Origin: Octopus sinensis
Taxonomy: Eukaryota
DNA length: 8,789 bases
Direction of reading: 5' to 3'
NCBI RefSeq assembly: GCF_006345805.1
Contig: NW_021828240.1
Span: 1-8,789, forward strand
Under the pieces are notes generated by a model. It had not been told where the DNA came from. It searched no databases and saw only the letters and a program-made list of their open reading frames with translations. The number at the start of each line of letters is the position of its first letter. The first letter of the stretch is position 1. The translations under genes and the position numbers were made by a program. This document shows, one piece after another, positions 1 to 8,293 of this stretch.

Positions 1-847
1 AACAACAATTTATGATCTCTTAGCTAAATATAAGTGAACTGATTGTTTTTATCAATCAGTTAAGCTAAATATAAGTTAACTGATGATAAGAACACTAAAA
101 TCTCAAAAGTTTTCAGGTTAGAAAATGTCAAAGTATTGCATGGGAACTCTTAACTGATTGATAAAAAGCTTATATTTATCTAACAGATCACTAAAATCTC
201 AAAAGTTTTAATGTTAGAAAATGTCAACATACTGCATATGTGTACTTGAAAATCAATAACTGATTGATAAAAAGCTTACATTTCTCCAAGAGAACATAAA
301 AATCTCAAAAGATTTCAGGTTAGAGAATGTCAAAATATTGCATATGTGTACTTGAAAAACAACAAACAATTTAGTGATCTCTTAGCTAAATATAAAAAAA
401 ATTGCTAAAAAGCTTACAAAAAGCTTATATTTATCCAAGAGAACATAAAAATTTCAAAAGTTTTCAGGTTAGAATATGTCAAAATATTGCATATATGTAC
501 TTGATAAACAACAAAAAATTTAGTGATCTCTTAGCTAACTAATAAGTAAACTGATTGATAAAAAGCTAATATTTATCCAAGAGAACACTAAAATCTGAAA
601 AGTTTTCAGGTTAGAATAGAGAATCTCTTAGCTAAATATAAGTTTGATAAAAAAAGCTTATATTTATCCACTAAAATCTCAACACTAAAATCTCAAAAGT
701 TTTATGTTAGAAAATGCCAAAATATTGATAAAAAGTTTATATTTATCCAATAAAACACTAAAATCTGAACACTAAAATCTCAAAAGTTTTCAGGTTAGAA
801 AATGCCAAAATAATGCATTTGTGTACTTGAAAAACAACAAAAAATTT
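1..847 (+). repeat. Satellite-like tandem repeat, heterogeneous mosaic of a 106-bp short unit and a ~140-bp long unit
   Basis: The core cactaaaatctcaaaagttttcaggttagaaaatg recurs near 115, 212, 317, 466, 607, 705 and 791 at irregular spacing (~86-149 bp). It is the reverse complement of the 845-1262 units. Strand is assigned arbitrarily. Confidence 0.9.
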
Positions 848-1262
848 CTAACCTGAAAACTTTTGAGATTTTAGTGTTCTCTTGGATAAATATAAACTTT
901 TTATCAATCAGTTATTGATTTTCAAGTACACATATGCAGTATGTTGATATTTTCTAACCTGAAAACTTTTGAGATTTTTATGTTCTCTTGGACAAATAAA
1001 AACTTTTCATCAATCAGTTATTGATTTTCAAGTACACATATGCAGTATGTTAACATTTTCTAACCTGAAAAGTTTTGAGATTTTAGTGTTCTCTTGGATA
1101 AATATAAGCTTTTTATCAATCAGTTATTGATTTTCAAGTACACATATGCAGTATGTTGACATTTTCTAACCTGAAAAGTTTTGAGATTTTAGTGTTCTCT
1201 TGGATAAATATAAGCTTTTTATTAATCAGTTATTGATTTTCAAGTACACATATGCAGTGTTG
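845..1262 (-). repeat. 106-bp tandem repeat, ~3.9 copies, inverted relative to 1-847
   Basis: tttctaacctgaaa starts at 845, 951, 1057 and 1163, an exact 106-bp period. Copies differ by substitutions. Confidence 0.95.
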
Positions 1263-2927
1263 CTAATTGGTTTCACTTCATGGAGGCTTTCTAGCAACTG
1301 CTATTTGGTGCATGAGAGAGTTCGATGCAGCTGCCCTCATCTGCCGTGAAGTTGGTTCATCTGGGACACTTGACAGGAAGAGATCCAGCTTCATTTTAAA
1401 GACATCTGCATCCACCCCGTGCAGGTCTCTCAGGTTCATCGAGAGGATATTGAAGAGCTGTGGGCCTCGGAAGCCCAGGCTATCACAGAATCTTGTCCTA
1501 CATCTTGATGGCAGGTTTGGAGTCCTAGGCACCACGCAGTGGCGCCCAGTTCTGGCGTTTGCGTAACTCTCGATGCCAAAGTTCAGGACACTTCCCCCAG
1601 GATCTTCCAGATCTATATTATGGCATATCTTTCCCGCCTACGCTCCAGGGAAATAATTTTAATCTCTTGAGTCTTTCCAGTAGCTTACATTCTGCATAGA
1701 GGCTATCTTCTTCGTGTAGCTTCGTTGGATCGCCTCAAGTTCTGTGATCAACTTGACACTGGATGGTGACCATAGCTGAGAGCAATAGTCAAAGTGACTT
1801 AGGACAAGTGTCTTCCAGAGGACCATCATGGTTTCTGTTCTAAAGGTTCTAAGAATCATCCAGCCAGCCGTCTGCATTTCACTGTCAGTAGCAACATGTA
1901 CATGAAAGGTCGCGTCATCACTCATGTGAATACCCAGGTCACGCACTGATTGTGCCTCGGGATTGCAATCCCTCCGGGTCCAGTGTATTCCTTGGGTATT
2001 GCATTCAGTTTTGCATGCTGATAGTATAAAGCTTGAAACTTTTCAGCATTGAACTGCATGCTATTCTTTTCAGCCCACTTGTATATTTTGTCCAGCTCAT
2101 ATTGCAGGTGCCTAGTGTCTTCAGGGTTCTGTATTGCCTGTGAAACTTTTGTATCATCTGCATAACTTGTGATCGTGGCTCTCCGCGTGCCTGAGGGCAT
2201 GTCTGAGAGGGCCATTATGAACAGTAGTGGTCCCAAAACAGTGCCCTGTGGAACACCGCTCACTATTTGCGTGCTAATGGAAGTGCAATATTGGCTACTA
2301 CCACCTGACTTCTATTCTTCAGAAAGTCGTGAAGCCATTCTCCTAGTTTTCCAACTATGCCAAGATCACGCAGTTTGGGACATATCATTCCATGATCGAC
2401 TTTATCGAAGGCCTTTGCGAAGTCGAGATATATGACTTCCACATTTGAGTGGTTGAGCAGTTGTTTCAGGAGGATTGCCGGGAATCCATCGGGGCCAATA
2501 GCTGAGTCTATTTTTATTTCATCTATAGCCTTTATTACATCATCTTCCTTATATCGATGTAATTTAACGTCGCCGCCTCTGATTCTATATTGCAGTGGTA
2601 AAAAAGTCAGTTGGATTGCTGATTTGGAAATGCCCAAAGGGGTGGAGTGAAAACATTCTGAATTGTTCATTCAGTATTTCACTTACCCTCATTGGTTTTC
2701 CTGTGAGTGTGCCATCCTTTTCAAGGAGTGACCCTATCCTACAGTGCACCATAGCTGCTTCTTTGGCATACTGTAGAAAGCTCTGGGGTTAGTTTTTATG
2801 TTGTCTATGCCCAGGCTTCTTTGTCAATTATTTTTAATTTCCAACAGTTTTATTTTCAGGCGGACTTTTCACTGCTTTCAATTTGTTTGTTTAGGGCGAT
2901 TTGAGATTTTTGTGCGCCGTCTCATTA
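1263..2927 (-). mobile_element. Non-LTR retrotransposon (LINE) fragment, CR1-group-like (CR1/L2/Crack/Daphne), 5'-truncated, internally deleted, no 3' tail
   Basis: Collinear ORF2 motifs on the minus strand across frameshifts: NIKTNPRAFY, EILNEQF, GPDG, YLDFAKAFDKVDH, SGVPQGTVLGPLLF, SYADDTK (YADD at 2153-2164), RDLG, DYCSQLWSP, SLERRRERY, FKMKLDLFLSSVPDEP. The clade is assigned from motif recognition, not phylogeny. Confidence 0.92.
1278..2925 (-). pseudogene. Disrupted LINE ORF2 (reverse transcriptase and C-terminal region)
   Basis: Track ORFs 2263-2670, 1922-2263, 1659-1946 and 1278-1535 are consecutive pieces of one RT protein. They are split by small indels, an in-frame TAG at ~1613-1615 and an internal deletion near 2465. 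The terminal TGA is at 1278-1280. No endonuclease domain or ORF1 is present. Confidence 0.88.
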
Positions 2928-2938
2928 ATATATATATA

Positions 2939-2970
<32 letters not shown>

Positions 2971-3009
2971 GATATATATATATATTATATATATATATAT
3001 TATATCTAA

Positions 3010-3047
<38 letters not shown>

Positions 3048-3114
3048 TTAGATATAATATATATATATATATATATAAATATATTTCTATATATATATAT
3101 ATATATATAAATAT

Positions 3115-3148
<34 letters not shown>

Positions 3149-3352
3149 CAAAGATAGATATAGTTATATATATATATATATATATATATCTAAGATATAT
3201 ATATATATATATATATATATATCTTTAGTATATATATATATATATATTATATATAAAATAGTATTTATTTATAAATATATATATAATAAATATATATATA
3301 TATATATATATATATCTAAAGATATATATATAATATATATATATATATCTTT

Positions 3353-3413
<61 letters not shown>

Positions 3414-3431
3414 AAATATATATATATATAA
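2928..3431. repeat. Imperfect (TA)n microsatellite, centre of a large palindrome
   Basis: About 500 bp of TA repeats interrupted by ctaaag/ctttag motifs. Confidence 0.97.
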
Positions 3432-3641
3432 TAATGAGACGGCGCACAAAAATCTCAAATCGCCTAAACAAACAAATGAAAGCAGTGAAAAGTCCCGCCT
3501 GAAAATAAAACTGTTGGAAATTAAAAATAATTGACAAAGAAGCCTGGCTATAGACAACATAAAAACTAACCCCAGAGCTTTCTACAGGTATGCCAAAGAA
3601 GCAGCTATGGTGCACTGTAGGATAGGGTCACTCCTTGAAAA
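3432..3641 (+). mobile_element. Inverted duplicate of the LINE 5' segment 2718-2927
   Basis: taatgagacggcgcac...cactccttgaaaa is the reverse complement of 2718-2927 except for a few single-base indels. It translates to IDNIKTNPRAFYRYAKEAAMVHCRIGSLLE. Confidence 0.95.
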
Positions 3642-3672
3642 TTAATTTTGCCCTCAATGTTGTGAAATTATA
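3640..3672 (+). repeat. ~33-bp fragment of the 535-bp repeat unit
   Basis: aattaattttgccctcaatgttgtgaaattata matches the unit segment aattaattttgccctcaattgttgaaattata (e.g. ~5341-5372) and is inverted relative to 4222-4253. Confidence 0.85.
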
Positions 3673-3866
3673 TATTTATATATAATATATATATATATAT
3701 ATTTAACTATATATATTTATTTATATATTTATATAATTTATATATAATATATTATTTATATATATTTAATATATATATATATATATAATATTATTTATAT
3801 ATATTTATAATATATATATATATTTAAATATATATATTATAAAATATATATATTTATAACTATATA

Positions 3867-3918
<52 letters not shown>

Positions 3919-3960
3919 AATATATTTAATATATATTATATTATATATATATAATTATAT

Positions 3961-4031
<71 letters not shown>

Positions 4032-4173
4032 ATATATTATAGATATATATATCAATATATATATATTATATATAATATATTTAATATATATATAATATAT
4101 AAATATATATAAATATCTTATATTATATAATATATATAAATATATATATATTATATATATAAATAAATATATA

Positions 4174-4208
<35 letters not shown>

Positions 4209-4221
4209 ATATATATAAATA
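3673..4221. repeat. Imperfect (TA)n microsatellite
   Basis: About 550 bp, almost purely A/T, with TA periodicity. Confidence 0.97.
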
Positions 4222-4929
4222 TATAATTTCAACAATTGAGGGCAAAATTAATTAATTATTAATCAATTTCACCAAGTTTTCAGTATGCAAAGGGACCATT
4301 CAAGGCGAATTCAAATTATTACATTATATAAAAGGGCTTAGTAAAATAAATTACTTTGCCGCATACTGAACTCATTAGAAATAGCAGCTAAAAAATTTTA
4401 AGCTATTTCTAATACTTAAAGAAAATCTCTCTATATATAGTGTTGCTTAATTCAACTCACAAAAGTTTGGGGGTAAGGACATCGAAAAATCAAACGCTAA
4501 GGTTATTGAGAACGTACGTTTCAAGATTAGTCAAAACAACACTTCTTCATCAGCTCAGAAATTCCTTCGTTTGGATTTGGAAACACTGAAAATAAGAACA
4601 TACCCTTCGAAGATCTGCTCGTAACTAACAGTGCCAACAATTCAAATAAGCAAGCGAAGAATCTCTGTTCTCCCCTTCCACAAGCGTGGGTTAAAATCAT
4701 CAAAAACACTATGCTTATTTCGGTAAGTCCGAAGCATTAACAGAGGAGATTAATTATAATTTCAACAATTGAGGGCAAAATTAATTAATTATTAATCAAT
4801 TTCACCAAGGTTCAGTATGCAAAGGGACCATTCAGGCGAATTCAAATTATTACATTATATAAAAGGGCTTAGTAAAATAAATTACTTTGCCGCATACTGA
4901 ACTCATTAGAAATAGCAGCTAAAAAACTT
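4222..4929 (-). repeat. ~535-bp tandem repeat (type 1), ~1.3 copies, inverted relative to the main array
   Basis: tataatttcaacaattgagggc starts at 4222 and 4755 (period 533). The sequence is the reverse complement of the 4927-7412 units. Confidence 0.95.
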
Positions 4930-7410
4930 CGCTTGCTTATTTGAATTTGTTGGCACTGTTAGTTACGAGCAGAGATCTTCGAAAGGGTATGTTCTTATTT
5001 TCAGTTTTTCCAAATCCAAACCAAGGAATTTCTGAGCTGATGATAGAAGTGTTGTTTTGACAAATCTTGAAACGTACGTTCTCAATAACCTTAGCATTTG
5101 ATTTTTCGATGTCCTTACCCCCAAACTTTTGTGAGTTGAATTAAGCAAACACTATATATGAGAGAGATTTTCTTTAAGTATTAGAAATAGCTTTAAAAAG
5201 TTTTTTAGCTGCTATTTCTAATGAGTTCAGTATGCGGCAAAGTAATTTCTTTACTAAGCCCTTTTATATAATATAATAATTTGAATTCGCCTTGAATGGT
5301 CCCTTTGCATACTGAACACTTGGTGAAATTGATTAATATTAATTAATTTTGCCCTCAATTGTTGAAATTATAATTTATCTCCCTCTGATTAATGCTTCGG
5401 ACTTTACCGAATAAGCATAGTGTTTTGATGATTTTAACCCACGCTGGTGGAAAGGGGAGAACAGAGATTCTTCGCTTGCTTCTTTGAATTTGTTGGCACT
5501 GTAGTTACGGGCAGATCTTCGAAAGGTATGTTCTTATTTTCAGTGTTTCCAAATCCAAACCAAGGAATTTCTGAGCTGATGATAGAAGTGTTGTTTTGAC
5601 TATCTTGAAACGTACGTTCTCAAATAACCTTAGCATTTGATTTTTCGATGTCCTTACCCCCAAACTTTTGTGAGTTGAATTAAGCAAACACTTATATGAG
5701 AGAGATTTTCTTTAAGTATTAGAAATAGCTTAAAAAAGTTTTTTAGCTGCTATTTCTAATGAGTTCAGTATGCGGCAAAGTTATTTATTTTACTAAGCCT
5801 TTTATATAATGTAATAATTTGAATTCGCCTTGAATGGTCCCTTTGCATACTGAACACTTGGTGAAATTGATAATAATTATTAATTTGCCCTCAATTGTGA
5901 AATTATAATTAATTCCCTCTGATTAATGCTTCGGACTTTACCGAAATAAGCATAGTGTTTTGATGATTTTAACCCACGCTGGTGGAAAGGGGAAAACAGA
6001 GATTCTCGCTTATATTGAATTTGTTGGCACTGTTAGTTACGAGCAGATTCGAAAGGGTATGTTCTTATTTTCAGTGTTTCCAAATCCAACCAAGGAATTC
6101 TGAGCTGATGATAGAAGTGTTGTTTTGACTAATCTTGAAACGTACGTTCTCAAATAACTTAGCATTGATTTTTCGATGTCCTTACCCCCAAACTTTTGTG
6201 AGTTGAATTAAGCAAACAATATATGAGAGAGATTTTCTTTAAGTATTAGAAATAGCTTAAAAAAGTTTTTTAGCTGCTATTTCTAATGGTTCAGTATGCG
6301 GCAAAGTAATTTATTTTACTAAGCCCTTTTATATAATGTAATAATTGAATTCGCCTTGAATGGTCCTTTGATACTGAACACTTGGTGAAATTGATTAATA
6401 ATTAATTAATTTTGCCCTCAATTGTTGAAATTATAATTAATCTCCTCTGATTAATGCTTCGGACTTTACCGAAATAAGCATAGTGTTTTGATGATTTTAA
6501 CCCACGCTGGTGGAAAGGGGAGACCAGAGATTCTTCGCTTGCTTATTTGAATTGTTGGCACTGTTAGTTACGAGCAGATTTCGAAAGGGTATGTCTATTT
6601 CAGTGTTTCCAAATCCAAACCAAGGAAGTTCTGAGCTGATGATAGAAGTGTTGTTTTGACTAATCTTGGAACGTACGTTCTCAAATAACCTTAGCATTTG
6701 ATTTTTCGATGTCCTTACCCCCAAACTTTTGTGAGTTGAATTAAGCAAACACTATATATGAGAGAGATTTTCTTTAAGTATTAGAAATAGCTTTAAAAAA
6801 GTTTTTTAGCTGCTATTTCTAATGAGTCAGTATGCGGCAAAGTAATTATTTTACTAAGCCCTTTTATATAATGTAATATTGAATTCGCCTTGAATGGTCC
6901 CTTTGCATACTGAACACTTGGTGAAATTGATAATAATTAATTAATTTTGCCCTCAATTGTTGAAATTATAATTAATCTCCCTCTGATTAATGCTTCGGAC
7001 TTTACCGAAATAAGCATAGTGTTTTGATGATGTTAACCCACGCTGGTGGAAAGGGGAGAACAGAGATTCTTCGCTTGCTTATTTGAATTTGTTGGCACTG
7101 TTAGTTACGAGCAGATCTTCGAAAGGGTATGTTCTTATTTTCAGTGTTTCCAAATCCAAACCAAGGAATTTCTGAGCTGATGATAGAAGTGTTGTTTTGA
7201 CTAATCTTGAAACGTACGTTCTCAAATAACCTTAGCATTTGATTTTTCGATGTCCTTACCCCCAACTTTGTGAGTTGAATTAAGCAAACACTATATATGA
7301 GAAGATTTTCTTTAAGTATTAGAAATAGCTTTAAAAAAGTTTTTTAGCTGCTATTTCTAATGAGTTCAGTATGCGGCAAAGTAATTATTTTACTAAGGCC
7401 CTTTTATATA

Positions 7411-7412
<2 letters not shown>
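4927..7412 (+). repeat. ~535-bp tandem repeat (type 1), ~4.6 copies
   Basis: The anchor cttcgcttgc lies at ~4927, 5470, 6005, 6533 and 7069 (periods 528-543). Copies are near-identical and differ mostly by 1-bp indels. Family not recognised; strand is arbitrary. Confidence 0.96.
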
Positions 7413-7840
<428 letters not shown>

Positions 7841-8077
7841 GTTTGTTTGTTTTGTTGTTGTTTGTTTTTCCAGTTTCAGCTCTTGAGCTGTGGCCATGCT
7901 GGGGCACCGCCATTGTGGTGAAGAGTACAGCAGGATCACCACCCCCTGCCGGAGCCTCGTAGAGCTTTTTAGGTGTTTTCGCTCAATAACCACACACAAC
8001 GCCCAGTCTGAGAATCGAAACCGCGATCCTGCGACCGCGAGTCCGCTGCCCTAACCACTAGGCCATTGCGCCTCTAC
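7841..8077 (-). mobile_element. tRNA-derived SINE with 3' stem-loop and (AAC/AAAC)n tail
   Basis: The minus strand reads GTAGAGGCGCAATGGCCTAGTGGTTAGGGCAGCGGACTCGCGGTCGCAGGATCGCGGTTTCGATTCTCAG: a tRNA-like head with A and B boxes. A ~100-bp body follows, then ATGGCGGTGCCCCAGCATGGCCACAGCTCAAGAGCTGAAACTGG and an AAAC-rich tail. From recall it resembles octopus tRNA-derived SINEs; this is not database-verified. Confidence 0.85.
8012..8065 (-). promoter_or_regulatory. Internal RNA polymerase III promoter (A box and B box) of the SINE
   Basis: The A box TGGCCTAGTGG (8065-8055) fits TRGCNNAGYGG. The B-box-like GGTTTCGATTC (8022-8012) is an imperfect match to GGTTCGANNCC. Spacing is tRNA-like. Activity is unknown. 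Confidence 0.7.
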
Positions 8078-8080
8078 TGT

Positions 8081-8138
8081 AAATATATATATATAATTTA
8101 TATATATATAAAAAATATATATATATATATAATAAATA
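8081..8138. repeat. Short (TA)n tract
   Basis: A/T-only TA repeats between the SINE 5' end and the type 2 repeat. Confidence 0.9.
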
Positions 8139-8293
8139 TATTACATTATATTAAAGGGCTTAGTAAAATAAATTACTTTGCGCATACTGAACTCGTTAGA
8201 AATAGCAGCTAAAAAAAACTTTTTATAAAACTATTCTAACACTTAAGAAAACCTCTCTCATATAGTATTTGCTCAATTCACTCAAGAAAGTAT
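8139..8293 (-). repeat. Partial 535-bp-family unit, diverged type 2, inverted
   Basis: Reverse complement of ~8640-8781. It shares type 2 diagnostic bases (ctcGttag, ttttataaaactat, gctCaatt, caagaa(a)gtat) that the type 1 copies lack. Confidence 0.9.

Noticed and set aside
1-1262. CRISPR-like appearance of regularly spaced repeats
   Set aside because: The whole unit repeats, there are no unique spacers or cas genes, and the context is eukaryotic.
1267-2792. Plus-strand ORFs 1267-1566, 2169-2435, 2432-2650 and 2595-2792
   Set aside because: Antisense shadows of the minus-strand LINE ORF2 with no recognisable motifs.
1263-2927. Bacterial RT systems (retron, group II intron, DGR, CRISPR-associated RT)
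   Set aside because: The motif set and C-terminal region match eukaryotic non-LTR retrotransposons. No msr-msd, intron RNA structure, TR/VR pair or operon context is present.
2901-4235. ORFs 2901-3110, 3316-3615 and 4020-4235 with long IY/YI runs
   Set aside because: These are translations of (TA)n microsatellite, which is stop-poor in some frames. They are not genes.
5068-5080. Short perfect palindromes in the units (aacgtacgtt, aattataatt, atcaat-cagtt-attgat)
   Set aside because: Too short to be significant in AT-rich sequence, and aacgtacgtt is broken in type 2 (aacgtacgta).
845-5235. Possible common origin of the 106-bp and 535-bp repeats (both contain cagtatg and gagatttt)
   Set aside because: Only 7-8 bp matches in very AT-rich DNA with no collinear similarity, as expected by chance.
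8000-8072. Possible functional tRNA gene
   Set aside because: The T-arm and acceptor stem do not pair properly (GCGGT/CTCAG), and the sequence continues into a SINE body and tail. Best called a tRNA-derived SINE head.
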